Origin: Saccostrea echinata | Lineage: Eukaryota | Reading direction: 5' to 3' | NCBI RefSeq assembly: GCF_033153115.1 | Contig: NW_026889762.1 | Coordinates: forward strand, 372,001 to 436,000 | Length of the DNA stretch: 64,000 nucleotides | Part shown: positions 28,160 to 42,842 of the stretch, in pieces | How positions within the stretch are numbered: position 1 is the first letter of the stretch | How the letters are laid out: each line of letters begins with the position of its first letter | Made by a program: the position numbers and the translations under genes | Notes under the pieces: model-generated | The model's database searches: none | The model's input: the letters and a program-made list of their open reading frames with translations, nothing else | What the model was told of the DNA's origin: nothing

Positions 28160-28388
28160 TTAATTGTTAAATACCTTATGGACCATTTTTTTCCCTACAA
28201 GGCGAATTTTTGCATTGTTATGTGCTGATTGTGTGCACCTCTGCTACTCAGACTTTGTAATAGAAAGCAAATAAACAACTGCCATTTCCATGCCTTATAT
28301 AACAGTGTTTGTAATTAATGTAAACTAACTCCATGCACCTCTTATAAGGAATTTGAAGAGAATTATAAGATATAAGGAGTATATATAT

Positions 28389-29293
28389 TGTTGCAGGGGT
28401 GGTTCATTCATAGGATGTAATTAATAAACCAAACTCCTGGCTAAGGGTTCCAATAATATTTAATATGGAAATAGATAAATGGGTACAATGGCCCTATAAA
28501 ATAAAAATAATGATATAATACCAAAGGTATACAATATTATATATCTTACTTATCCTGATGTACAATCAGTTAAGAGTTATCTCCCTTAATTTTAACATTT
28601 AGCTATACACATAAATCACTTTACAATTTTATTTTCCTCATATGTATAATAATCACATTACAATTATTGTGACCATATGCAATTATAATCAAATCATGAA
28701 ACAAAAAGGTAACATATTCTAATTACCTATCTATGGGACAAGGCCAATTCCATGAAACAATAAAATGACTGGATGCTTCATGCAGGTCTACATATCTAAT
28801 AACAAATGAATTTTATAGTACTATATACACTATAATACTCATAATTCAAATGAATTTATACTCTGAGGTAAAATGCTTTATTTTAAGTTTTTATTCATAT
28901 TTAAACTTTCAACTTCTTTCAAACAGTCATATTACCTAATTAGACATATTAAAAAGATACAGAATGTTAAACTTTATACTTACTGTCAGATCTGTTCTAT
29001 AAAGTCTCAAAGTGGTTGTCAACTAAATTTCTCTCCAAATTTCAACACAGCCAACCTGACCAAAATCTCTGAGTAGTCTATCTTAGAACTCAGAACCACC
29101 GAAACTTTCAACCAATAAAATTACAGAACCCTGATGTCCTAACCTTTGAACTCTATTACTCACCAAGTAAATAAAGGGGTGGATCTGGGATTTGTATTAA
29201 ATCATAAAATTTTATTTAATTTCATTTATATCCATAATATTTATTCAAATATTATGTGATATACATTATATACAGTTGAAACACACTGCTACA
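28389..29293. mobile_element. Probable solo LTR
   Basis: tgttgcag...ctgctaca termini. Flanks atat/gtat. No coding capacity. Confidence 0.45.
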
Positions 29294-29412
29294 GTATCAT
29301 TACTAGTACTGTTGCTTGATTTAGAGGCATATGTTTGGAAATCTGAACTAGACATTCCTAATGCAGTAAATAGTATAAAAATCAGTGAATGTATACTTAT
29401 TAACGTGTGTGT

Positions 29413-29790
29413 TATTAAGGAATGTTTTTAAGTTTTGTGTGAGTTATTGGTGTGTAAATCAAACAGACTTGTCACGTAGGCATATTTCACGAAGCGCGGT
29501 AGCGCTTCATGAAAAATATGCCTACGTGCAAGTCTGTGTGATTTACACACCAATAATTCACACTAAAATTAAAAACATTCCTTATATTTGCATTTTTTAT
29601 GTTTAAATGTTTGAATTTCTCGCTGCTCTATATGATAATATTTTTATTAACGTCTCTGTAGCCTCGTTGTAACTTCACTTTAGCGCGAGTTTCTCCGTGT
29701 ATATTTCTACGCGTGAGTATACACAAAAATGGTTTTCAAATCAATTTCACGGTTGGCTTAGTAGAAAAACACAGCAAATGTAAATATTCA
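29413..29790. mobile_element. Palindrome-terminated non-autonomous element (Crypton-like)
   Basis: ~83-bp inverted arms at 29415-29585 around agcgc-ggta-gcgct. Confidence 0.55.
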
Positions 29791-30796
29791 TATTTATAGG
29801 GAGCTATTTTCATACATGCAGGGAACTGAATAGACACTGGACAGGCGTTTTATTTAATCTGTAACTTCACAGTGAAAAAAAAATGACAATATCAAACATT
29901 GTTCAATCTTGTAAATGCTTTAAACACTTAAGAAACGTAAAGAAGGCAAACATACAATCCCTAGACAATACAGTGGTGCCTAGGAGAATTGAACATCCTC
30001 TGTCTAACCTCACTACTGCTTGAGCCCTATGTATTGATACGGTAAACTGAGTAATCCGCAGTAGAAACTTTCCTACTTCATTTTGCACACCACACGATTG
30101 TTTAGAGTAAATGTGTCCATGCACACTATTCTATTGATAAGGCTTTGTCTTGCACCCACCTTAAAGAATATACAGTTATCTCGCATAATATTCGATTAAT
30201 TAGGGTAAGTCTCAGACCCTCTCCAGAGATTTGAACACTATTCGGCTAATTGATTAAAGAATTGGCCTCTCCCTCAATCCAGAGTTTTAGGCTAGTGTAT
30301 TGAAATACGAAATATAATTTTTCATCTTTTTTAATTTTTATTTTTTAAACAATGGGATTTGGAGGGAAAGCAACATTCAACACGCTGTATAAACAATTGG
30401 ACTATGGCGTAACACACCATTGAACTTTCGCGACTGCACGCGTACAATAGGTTTTTATTTTGCCAATCCATCTGGATTTGGCGCAGAATATCGGACATTG
30501 CCCTCTACTTTAGAGTCAAATTGAACATACACTTCCTTGCTCAAATTACTGAATACTTCTGACGACTAAATTTTAAGAAAAAGCTCTCATTTGCTTCTTT
30601 TTTGTAAACAACACTCGTTTTACAAGTACAATGTAAATATATTGAAAATAAAACTACATCCTACCCGATAGTTTTGTATGTACAGATTAAAATATACATA
30701 TTTTTCAAGATTAGATTACATTAATCAAACCTTTTGATCTCAGTAAGAAGATTTTGAAGATTACATTAATCAAACCTTTTGATCTCAGTAAGAAGT

Positions 30797-30953
30797 NNNN
30801 NNNNNNNNNNNNNNNNNNNNNNNNNNNNNNNNNNNNNNNNNNNNNNNNNNNNNNNNNNNNNNNNNNNNNNNNNNNNNNNNNNNNNNNNNNNNNNNNNNNN
30901 NNNNNNNNNNNNNNNNNNNNNNNNNNNNNNNNNNNNNNNNNNNNNNNNNNNNN
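30797..30953. other. Assembly gap (157 N)
   Basis: Run of N, preceded by a tandem duplicate of ~38 bp. Confidence 1.
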
Positions 30954-31002
30954 GAAGTATTCATATTTATCTTTAAGACTTATACATTTTTTTGACACAG
31001 TT

Positions 31003-31065
31003 ATGTGGAATATGCAGTGTCTGCAAGTTGAAAGTACTGCTTTTTATTTACTCCTTCTTACAAAG
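31003..31065 (+). CDS. Exon 1: signal peptide MWNMQCLQVESTAFYLLLLTK
   Basis: Acceptor cag at 30998-31000 implies an upstream 5'UTR exon. ATG at 31003; donor aag|gtaac. Confidence 0.7.
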
Positions 31066-34000
31066 GTAACAATAATATACTTTATATAATTTTATATTTA
31101 AAGGAAGCCTTCAGATTGATTAGATTCCGTTTAAACGTGTTTTTTTCTCAAATTTTTTTTTAAAGATCAATGATGTGCAACTGACAGCTTGCAATGTTTC
31201 ACTTTCAACCCTGCAAAAGGTCACTAATTGTCCAAGAACAGAAAACGAATTAAAAGGAGCTATAAAAAGAAAAGACTGCGATAGTCTTGCTGAAGTTCAA
31301 AAATGTACCCAGCCAGGAAATTTCTCATACCACTGTGTTATCAATGTTTGGAAAAATGAAACGTACGAAGTATGTGCTCCTGCAATCTATTCCCAAGGTA
31401 AATAATTATAGCATTTTGGTGAGTTAGATGTTGCATTCATAGAAAATGTACACAAAAACTTACTATTAGTCATTGCAAATACTATCTTATATATAATTTA
31501 TTATGTCTGATTTTAGGACGCTGTCTGGAGTTTAACCAATATGGAAAAGTAATTCAAGAACTTGACATTAACTGTGTAGAAAAAGGATGCCCAAAGCGAT
31601 TTAGAAGTGCAGAAATTTTGTCATGTACAAAAATCATTATGATTTTATACTGACACGCAAAAGAAACTAACATTCTATCTTAGGGAGAAAAAATAACGGG
31701 TATAATTTTGTATGAAAATGTTAGGACATCTTCAACTTTGCAAGGTCTTTAATTTAAACAATCTAACAGGAGCAAAGTTTGAGCCCTTTTAAACAGAAAT
31801 CAAAAAGACATGTTTAGCCAAAAAAGCTATTGTGTGGGTTTACAAGAATTTGTATCTGTTCATCAGAGAATTGCAGTAATATTCCGAAAAATCTCTTTTC
31901 CGCGATACATGTACCAAGGCTTTCTGACCGTAAGTAAGCATTTTTTATTGCCCTCGCTGGGAATTCTCAAAATGCAGATGAACATGATTTACAGATGCAA
32001 AGATATACTGTTTCACACCTTATTATGCTTATCCGTCTAATATGTTTGAAATACAGTCTTTGGACCGGAAGTCCCAGGGTCGGTACACTGCACTAGGAAA
32101 TCTGAAAATTAGGAACTTCATAAAGGCTGAAAGAAATTTCTTGCCCTCAGATCAAGATACTGGTAAACTTAAAGCATCGTAGGATCCAAGCTGCAATTTT
32201 GTGCTTGGCGAACTTGCACACCTTTTTTGGTTGACTGGGGGTGTTTTAAAGGTTATATATTAATTTCTTTATTTAAAAGATAACATTCAACATTCCAATG
32301 AAATCTTTGATGTTTTTAAATCCGGTTTGATCTTACTTTCATTATCAATGTTGAATTATTATTTTCCTAAGATAAAAATTCATATTGGTGTTATTAATTG
32401 TTCTATGCGTTTCGTTTGCGTGTCAGTATAATTTGATTGATTCAATTAAAAATTTTTACATGTTAATACATGTATACGTTTTCAACATTTCTCCTCTACA
32501 TCTCAGCTTTCCCAGTCAGAAACCATAGTTCTTATATATGTATACAATGCACTGGTCACGTGCCCGTTTGATTCTAATCGACTGCTGTCCACTGCATTGA
32601 TTGTTTGTAAACATTTTAAAAATATCTAAAAATATCTAATCAATTACAGAATGATGTACTAATGTAGATTATATAAAATGCATAAGTCGCTGACTAAATT
32701 TCTTACGAGACAAATCAAGTTATTCAGTTACATTTACTATCTCTTTTCGTGTGCCGTTGGAATGTCCCCCGAGCATTCATTTTTTTAATGCCTGCCAGAA
32801 CTATTTCAATCAACTTTAATCTGTAAGTACCTTAAATGGGATATTAAATTTATTGCCCTAACCTCAACATTTGGGGGTATTTAGGGCAAATCTTCTATAT
32901 AAGGAATCTTTAAGAACAGATATTTTCATACACTGCTTATACGATAATTATGTCAAATGAGTACTTTATGAAACTTGTAAGATGTATTAACTTAGAGTGG
33001 GAATAAGTTTGTCGCACACTGTACATCCATTTACATCTAAATCTTCCTCTTTGTCAATTCATTTTTTAAACTTAAAACCCGTTGAATCCTTTATATTGCA
33101 AATAATTTGCTGTGTTTATAACAGGTAATACTAGCTGGACTTTGTAGATTACGATCAGTTATCAAGCTCAACAGTCCATTGGAACAATAGAAATTGGGGG
33201 AAGTGAAGCAACCGCTAATGATAAAACACTGCTTAGAAATATCAATTATATATCATTATATAGAAATATCATTATTTCACGATATCATTATATAGAAATA
33301 TCATTAAGCGTTGCAATTGCACCGCTTAATTCCATAACTAATTGCATTAATAGTTGACATTCTCAACCGCTTATGCTAAATCGCCTTTTAATGAAAGAAT
33401 TACGCAGGTAGGTTAAGGCTTCCCGAAGAAAAATCACAGTGCACTCTGTGCCTTCACATCTCTGGACTACAAAAATATGACGTCATAATGGAAAATGACG
33501 TCAAATCACTGCAAACTTGAGGTGTTATGACGGGGAGAGTGTCATTAACTTAACACTTTATTTCAAACTATATGTAAAATGCTACATAGCTATTGCAAAA
33601 TTCACGGGTCGTTAAAGGTTTTTTAAGTCTTATATGTTCGATTATTTTAAAAATACACCGCTTACCTACCCTTGACTGAAATTCCGCATGTTCAAAATGC
33701 TTATGAAAAATATACTTTTGAAATGCACGCTGTTTTATACTCGTGGTTGGAGGTAGAATTTATTTTGTGTGTATAAAAGATTCTGGCGCAGGTGATTAAT
33801 GAGGATTAATCTGAGAATTTTTGTGAAAATCTGTAAGAAGAGGTTGTTCTCTAACTGAATCTTGCTTGGGAAAAATGTGTGTTGGCTTTGTTTTAATACA
33901 GATTACGATATTGTGTGGAAAATACCCTCAAATTTGTAGGTAAGTTGAATTTCTCACGAAATATTTTGTACCCAAGTAATACTATGACTTTTCCCAAGCA

Positions 34001-37000
34001 CATTTCGGATACACAAGGATACGATGAGTTTATTTATATAACAAAATGTTAATAATTATTGTGTTAATCAGCTGCGCCGAAGCGATTTATATGAAACACT
34101 TCAAAAAATTATAAAAGATCGTCACGTGATCAACAAAATCATGTGATATCATAACAAATATGTTTATATATAGCCGAGGAAACCCTGTATATAAATTGGA
34201 AGTACTAAAGTTCAATACTTATAAATTAAAACCAAAACCGACCTCGCAATGACATATTATGATTTGAGCGCATTTTAAAGCTTCGGGAAGCCTTAACATA
34301 GCTGCGTATATCATTAACCGTCATTTAAAACCATTATAGATGGAATAAGTTGCCATGTAATTGTAAGCATTTCCTGAAGACTATTCACACCTCATGCTTT
34401 TTGTCGATCGAGTAAAACAGATAATATCAGTAAATAAATCAGCAAAATAAATTGTCAAAACATTGACTTTAAACGAGACTGTTGATACTAATGTATTGGT
34501 CAATAGCTTGTCTCGTTTTAAAAAATCGTTCGTACAAAGAACATGCTCTTTCGTATCGAATCACCAAGGAATCATAAAATCCATAAGCAGCTGTTAATGG
34601 TATATAGCTATATAAATAAGGTAAGTTGACGATAGAAAATTTGAAGTCATGATGTTTGTCATAAAGATTTGTTGTTAGTTCGTCATAATTGACTTTTTCT
34701 TGTAAAATATCCAAGCATGAAACAGATGTGATGTGTCAAACTCTGTGGAGTCTTTTATCGAGTTCAAAGGGATATATCGAATCAACGCAGTCAATTAATT
34801 AATTGATAAAATGACGTCGATATATCTTAAAGTTGAATTCAATCTAGGCCACAACAAAGTTAATTTTTATTTAATATGAGTGTTCTACTTCATATAAATA
34901 CAGAAATAGGTCTGCCAAAAGGGTAGCCCAATTAAAGTACCCATGGGAATAACAACAAATTGATTTTATCTCCAAAAATTGCATGCATATGTACATAGAT
35001 ATTTTCAATCAGAAACTATTTTTTTTTAAATTTCATCTTCAAGTAATTGCCTGTGAAATCAGAATGATTTTTAACAAAATTTAGCAAATGACGAATGACA
35101 ATTTATAACAATCAAAGACTTTCCAGTTTTATTGAAAAGGTCAAAAACCTGTACTTAAACCATTGAAGATAGTTGCATAAAGTGTTAAAAAGTCGTATGT
35201 TTTGATGTTTTTGATTTTGATTAATTTTGTGATTTCGCATTTTCTAAAACTTCCTTGGAGATCTTCAGCATCTGATTAACACTCCTTCTCGAATATGTTG
35301 TTGTATAATACTCCTGGAGTTTTTCTTTCGCTGTTGTTAAATATATATGCAATAATAATAATGTACCTTACAAAAACAACTGTTGTTATTTGCTTTATCG
35401 GCTGGGATCAGGATATATTGATTCTGTATTTTTTTTCTTATTATTTTTCCACGTACGAACAATGTCTAAATCCAGTCAAGCTATTGACAAATAAGTTGAT
35501 GAAACAATACTATCAAGAGTCTCGTTTAAAGTAATCATTTCGCAAATTCGATATTTGATACAATGACCATTTCAGAAAATAGAATATTTCATTAAGTCTA
35601 ATGCTGGCTGACGTTTTTCAAATTGTTAGCCACTATTTAAATACTGAATTGTCAACGGATTTTTCCGCTTGTCCGATCATGACAATGAGCACGCGACGGG
35701 TGTGACTGGACTACAGGGGATGCTTACTCCTCAATGGCACCTGATCCCACCTCTGGTGTTTTTAGAAGTCCCCGTTTGTTCTGCTCCAAAGTTTTATTGT
35801 TTCAATGGACTTTTGAGATTGATTGCTGATCGTTATCTTCATATTTCATTCTAAATTACTGAAGAAAGAAGGAAAGTTCTTTTGATATTGCACGAAACCG
35901 ATAATTTAATTCCATTTTGAGAAAGTGTCAAGGTCTTCTTTTTCATGTTATGTCTTTCGACAAATTTCATAATATTTATAAAATTTTGAAGTATTTCAAT
36001 TACATTTTTTTTAATGAATCTCTTTAAAAAACCTTATACAATATAGACTACATTGAACGGTAAAATATTGGTTGTACAAGTAACAGTTCATTATATTTAA
36101 TATAGAGATCTTCAATACACTATTTTTAAAGAAAAGATCAAAGTCTATTTGAAATTCTGCTTTTACCTAAACGTAGACTTGAACCGATTTTAAATGCTAA
36201 AAATCGAAGACAACATACATTTGAATTGAAATATTAAAAGATGTTTTACAACAATTCTGGTTTCAAGCACAATATCCTTTATAATATATAATGCTGAGTC
36301 ATGGAGCATTTATTTTTTAAACTAAGACAATACTAACTTGAGGGTCAAGAGGAATTTAATTTTATTTTATGCATTTTATATAAGCCTTTTTACTAAGCAA
36401 TACACAAACTTCGAAATCCTTACCAATTGCAATTGAGCGGGTTTTGCCTCTGGTAAACAGACAGCGATCCATAACTGCCACTTTGCTGTTGCAAAAAAAG
36501 AGAGCTATGAGCAGACGTTCGAAGAATTTTTTTTTAAAAAAAAATATCCTTAAGGTTTTCCCGATTTTAGCTGTATAGTCGAAAAATAAATAAATAAAAA
36601 ATAAACTATTTTACAATTTGTATGTTAAAGATTAAGATAATAAACATTGATCAATTAAAGAAATCCTGTAAGCAATTCTGAAAAGTGAAAAGGGCATAAA
36701 CACGGACCCCTAGAAACGTCAAAGGTGGGACCTGGTGTACTCATTCCCCTGTCAATTGATCACACCCATTGTGAGCCCTTGATAGTATCCACGTTGGCAA
36801 ATCAATTATTCTAATTTAAATTTATTTGATTTACATTCCTCGTTTCCATTTGATGAAACAAAGGCTCTATGTTACGTCGTAAGCCCGAGTCCATTGTATA
36901 CTTTTCTTAAGATTCGAATTAAAACCAGATTCCAAGTCCAGTCAAGTTGAGGTAAATTCCAAATTAAAATTAATTCCTTCAAATCTTGTATTTTGTAACA

Positions 37001-40000
37001 TTTCATATATTTCATAGATGCTGTTTGTAGCAGTTTAGTGAGTGGATCAAACTCTAAGCCATGTTTTAGTGGTCACTGGAATATGTGAGTTTAATATCTT
37101 AGAACACAGTCTATTCGACAGGAAGATATGACAAGGTGAAGATAACGAACGGTGTTCGATCTCATAAAAATCTATAATCAATACATATTTGTGAGCATAA
37201 AATACGGACCATTGGGAAATTCTAGAGGTGGGTTCAGGTGCCTAAAAGGAAGAAGACCTAAGAATTTTTATGAAAATAAAACAGCCAACATACGGCCCAG
37301 TGAGAGGTTAAATTTGCTAACAAGGTCATTATAAAGACTATAGAATCTACGAAATGCTGACTTTAATCGATGTTGTTGACATCCCTGTAGCATCAACTTA
37401 TCTGTCAGTAGGCTGCCTCGGTTTAAAACATGATCGTACTTGGAGCATCGAATACGTTGAGAGATATAAACACCATATGCTGTGATAATGGGATATTAGT
37501 ACATAAATAAGGAAAGCTGACGATGGAAGAACTGAAGTCATAATTTAGTTGTTTGTTTGCCTTTATCGTCTATAATCATTTAAACATCCAAATATAAGAT
37601 GTGGTAGACTCTGTGGTGTCTTTTATCTCAAGTTCACTGGGATATATAGAGTCGACATATGAATGGAAATAACCATTGTTTATAGATAAAGCGTCGACTA
37701 TATATCTGAATGTCGAGTTGAAGGCCACAGCATGTAGAAGTTTTGAATAAATTCTGCTTAAAAGGAATATAAAAACAGGTCGGCTTATAAAGCAGCACAA
37801 TTAGTACCCATCGAATTTCCAACAGTTTGTTGGAAGACTTGGTCTCCGAAGACTACATTAATGTCGTCAATGAGGAACTCCAGTATCATTTTTATATCAA
37901 CTTCAGAGTGCTTATGTGTAGAATCAGAGTGATTTTTAACAAAGTAATTTTGTTGATGACCAATAACGAGATGCAAAATTTTTCGAGTAAAGCAGATATA
38001 TCAAGACAGATTCCTATACTTGTGTCCTATCCATGGAGATGTCATGATGCTTTTAAAGAAACGCCTTAGTAGTTCGGAAAACATTAACATAGTACCTTAT
38101 TAAGGAAGTTATCATTTATTTGAATATTAATGTGGGCATGATTAAAAACTCATAAGATAGAAGGAAAGCTTGAAGAGGAGCTAGATTGCATGTTTGAGGT
38201 ACAACCAACAATAAGTTAAAATATATTAAATAAAGTTTCAAGAAAGCAAACTCATTCATTACCATTTTCTATCTCTTTCAGTACAACTATTTTCTTGCAA
38301 GTTTTTTCTGGAGTACTATTTTTTCTGCTTGCGATTGTTTCTGTTCTTCTTTTCAAAACACGGAAAAACGAGAGAGGTAATTCATAAAAAAATAACATTT
38401 CATTATTAAATATAGTTTTGGTGTTATGCAATATGTTTCTAACGGGTTGACAGTATCTTCAAACATCATCATATATATTAAATAAAAAGAATAAAGTTAA
38501 AAAAGAAGGATATTCTTCGAAATATGCGATCCTCAAAAAAGATCCCGTAATGCAAATATTGTTCAATTTACGCGCACTTTGGGATGGATTTCACCAATTT
38601 CAAGCATTGGTTAATCAACGATCTTTCATTCCATAATTCTAGGCATATTCTATAACCAACCTGTATATTTTATCCACCTCCTAACCTTTTATAGTCGTCT
38701 CTACAGACCAATAACTTGCTTGCTGTGAATTTATTGGATGGCAAAACATTCACAACAAGCGAGTCTATTGGTCTGTAGAGATGACTGTTCTCATGAATAG
38801 CAGGGCAAGAACTGTTTATGCATCTATGCAAATATCTGAAGGACAGCACGAATAAGATTGTTCTTGTGAGTTTTATTGTATGTAGTGGATGCCTTGTTTA
38901 TAATATGTGATTTATTTAATACAGGCACTCAAGAACAAAAATCAGAAGAAATTGGATTAACTTCAAGAGAAAGAGGTAAAGGATGCAGCAAATATTATAA
39001 AGAAAAACAGACTAAATTTTATTTTCAATATATTGTTCGTTTTTGCAATTTCTATTTCAGCCGACACAAAAAACTTGACTGGAGAGGAATTTACTAATGA
39101 CGCAATAGACAAAATCACAGTAGATTACGGTAAGCATTCTTTCTATATGTCAAAAACAACACATGTGTATTTAAAAACGTTTACCTCAGTTCATCATCTT
39201 TGTAGGGATTGACTGAATCAATAGTAGTTGTCTCATTTTCAAAAAACATTCTTTACAGAATCAAGAAAACGAAGAAAGAAAGAGGTAATTCGGTTGGAAG
39301 AAAATTAAAATAAATGTTTTAATACAGTCATGCGATTGGAATCAAAATTTTTGCTCGCTTAAGCTTTTGATTTAAGATTTATTGGTCCTCGTCCTTTTGT
39401 CATCACCGACAGAAAATGCCAGCTTGTACGTTTATCATTATTATTGAATTTCCTTGTTTTATGGTGAAGATCATATTTAGAGGTCAAGTCAAATATTATG
39501 ACATCAACAGCTGATTACACAATAATTTTGCATTGAATTGTTTTTAAATTTACAAACGTATTTAAAATCGGTCGTTCAATGTTTCTAATTTTGACATATT
39601 TTAATTGTTCTGTGTCAATCATTCTCTTTACTTTTTGTTAAATTTCAAGCATACATTTTCATTACACACATCTGTAATCACAGAATGAAACTCTGCCATG
39701 CAATTAACTGAAAGGTGACTGAAAAATTGCTTGAAGTCATGATCATCATCATTTATTTGGTATCATATGTCATCATACATAAAACAAATACACATAAATA
39801 TATATAATCATTTTAAAGACAATATTTGGGAATCTATAAATTTTTAAATAGATCTATAAATAAATATTCAAGAAACCATATTTTTAGAAAGTGACTAGTT
39901 GATACCAGGATAACCCATTAAAACTCGAGAGCTTATTTCCAATGAGGTCATACACTAAATAAGATAAAAATACAATGTTTCATCAAAAAAGCACTATAAC

Positions 40001-42800
40001 GATTTTTGGCACTATAGTTTTAGCACTGTGTTGCTTACACATTAAATTTAATTTAACAGCCTGTCTCTGAGAAAAACATGCAAAATCTGAAAAATCGTCC
40101 GAAAGGGTATATAGAACTTTTCCTTTTGTCATGTAAGGCTGAATTTGGATCTTCAGAATTAATATGGATATTTAGTGCAGTGGTACAGCGTAAGTGGATA
40201 AAATAATTTGATTTAATTATGTGCTTTATAATATTTGATTGATGTATTTTAAAATATAAAAAAATAACCGTTGGCAATTAAGTGAAGATATATTTAATAA
40301 ATTGTTGAAATGATGACCTTAGTATGTTAGCATAGCTCTCTATTTGTACCATAGAATTAATCAAATCTTATTAATTTGGCTTCATTTAATAATCAATAAA
40401 CATGTTTTAGTGTAAATATATGCTTAAAAAGTCTATAAAAATTTAAAAAGTTGATAAAATTTAAAATAAAATACTCTAAAAATAATAAAAGACAATAAGA
40501 TAACAAAATGAGTATGTGTGTGCAAGAGTTATCTCCCGTAGTGGAAGTCTTCATATAAAAAAGGGAAAAATGATATCCAATGTGTCAGGGTCGCCAAGAA
40601 CAATGTGACTTCGGCCATTTTTCAAACATTTCGTGCCGTGATGGTCAGGTACTTTATTTATATGACTGTATTAAGGATCTATCACACTATTTGCTCTTGA
40701 TTAAAGCTCTGACCGTGCCCCTATCAGTCTGTATGGAAAACGTTATGGATCTACTGGAGGCAATCGTTCGATTGTGAAATGGAGTTTTTCCCCTTTGACC
40801 ATGTTAACAGTAGTGCATTTAAAGTTATGAATCTGCCAAAGACATGCAGATAATTTGGGGTTAAAAAGGCGAAGATGAAAATCAAGGTGCTCCTATCCTG
40901 AAGTTAACGAAGAAAGCAAAGCCACACCAGACAGAGGAACTACTCTCATTATGTTATTAGCAATACGTTTTCTGAAGAATAATGGTTGAAAACAAGAGAA
41001 ACAAAACCATACAGTTTGGTCAGGTAGGCCAATATAGAATTTGTAATGGAAGTTGAAATAACGAATGAAGCTGTTCTTAATTTTACAAAATATAGTGCTA
41101 ATCTTGCTATTGGGGGAGGGGGTAATGTAAAAGTCTACAATCTTAAACTCTAACTAGGAACAGTAGTGTTGATGCTTTAATATGTGTGTACAACTGTAAA
41201 TGTATACTTTTTGAAAGAAATTAAATGTAAAGCAGTTGTTTGGGAAAAAATAAATAAAATTAGAACTGCAAGTAGTGTGCTTCTTAAAAATACTCTGAAC
41301 CAGGAGGTATGAAAGTGGTTTTTGAAGAATGAATAGGTAGTTTTTTATTCAAATTTATCCAGAGACTGTTTCTAAAAGTTATATTATCACACTTATAGTT
41401 TTTTCTATTACGTAAAGTTTCAATATTTAAAAAAAAAATCAAAATAAATACACAGTTTTTCAAAATGATATTTTTAAAAGATAATGGGTCATGATAATAT
41501 GAATTCACAGCAGCGGGTTTATACTGATTATTTTAGGATGCTTGTGTGTTAACCATGTGTTGAAGAGATTTCAACTGCTAATTCTGCTGTTCATCTTTCT
41601 GAAACAAAAAACTTTAACCTTGGTCATAACTTCTAAATGACCTTCCATATGACCTTAATCTCACTATTAATGTTTCACATTTAGCACAATAAAGAAGAAA
41701 CTGTACTTAATATTTTCATTAAAAATGCAAAGCCCGAAATAGGTAAGAACTATGCAATGGTATCACAATTTTTTTTTTACCTCGATCTTCCCTATGACCT
41801 TAACTTCATTTTTCAAGATATTTTATTTAACTTAATAAAAAGTTAGACATAAAGGTAAGAGCAATCTGGCAGTGTCATTTTTTTTTATCTTGACCTTTCT
41901 CATGACTTCACTTTTTTCTCTTCACTTAAATGACTTTTGATTTTTGTAATAATAAACTTAATATTCTTAGTCAGTATTGGTGACAGCAATCACTTTGTCA
42001 TAATTTTCTTACTTAGACCTTTCCAATGACCTAGAGTCTCTATTCCTTCATTTTGTAGTTACTTAAGTTCTGTATGTACAAAAATAAATAAATTAATCTT
42101 CCTTTCATAATATTTTACTGATATATGCTCAAAAAAGGATAGTATGTTTCTTTTCATTTCATGGTGTATTTTGTTTCATAGGTAATACAGAATTTTGCAA
42201 GATTGCAGGACAAAGGAATGGAAATGTTTCATTTCAACAAAACCATGAGCTAACTGATCAAGTGACAGATGATACCAGTTGTGGAAACACTGTAGCAAGC
42301 AAGGAGACTGGTACTCAACAATACATGTATTACTCCTGTCCAGATTCATTAGGCCAAAAAGTATTTGCAGATGTTGCAATCTTGAAAAACATTTGGCATT
42401 TTGAAATCACACTTGTTACAGTATACAAATTCAAGATAAAGTAAGAACATATATTGCTGCAAATTTGTATGCCACAAAATGTGAAAGCATTAGAGAGTTT
42501 CACAATTTACTGATACAAACTGTAGAGTGTTCTATCAGGAAAGTTATTGATGGAATCCAGTGACAGCCAACAGGAAAAAGAATTGGTTGGGCATTAAAAT
42601 GCAGAAAAAGATTCTACCAGAAAGTGAAGGATTACTTGTATGTGATATGTGAAAAATGTGAAAGAACAATAGTTCAGGTTGTGTTTTATGGCAGAAGAAT
42701 TGAAGAAAGTAACAGATGAAAATGATGAAAGATTTTATGAAAGACATGAATGGCTAAGTAGCTCACAGAATAGAGGATTTCATAATTGTCTCAAATTTGT

Positions 42801-42842
<42 letters not shown>

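Noticed and set aside
30713-30960. 38-bp tandem duplication and ORFs spanning the N run
   Set aside because: Adjacent to an assembly gap; probably a contig-end artefact.
33902-33939. Alternative exon 4 (cag...gtaagt)
   Set aside because: Gives an in-frame TAG in the required phase and lies inside a MITE; 37018-37084 fits instead.
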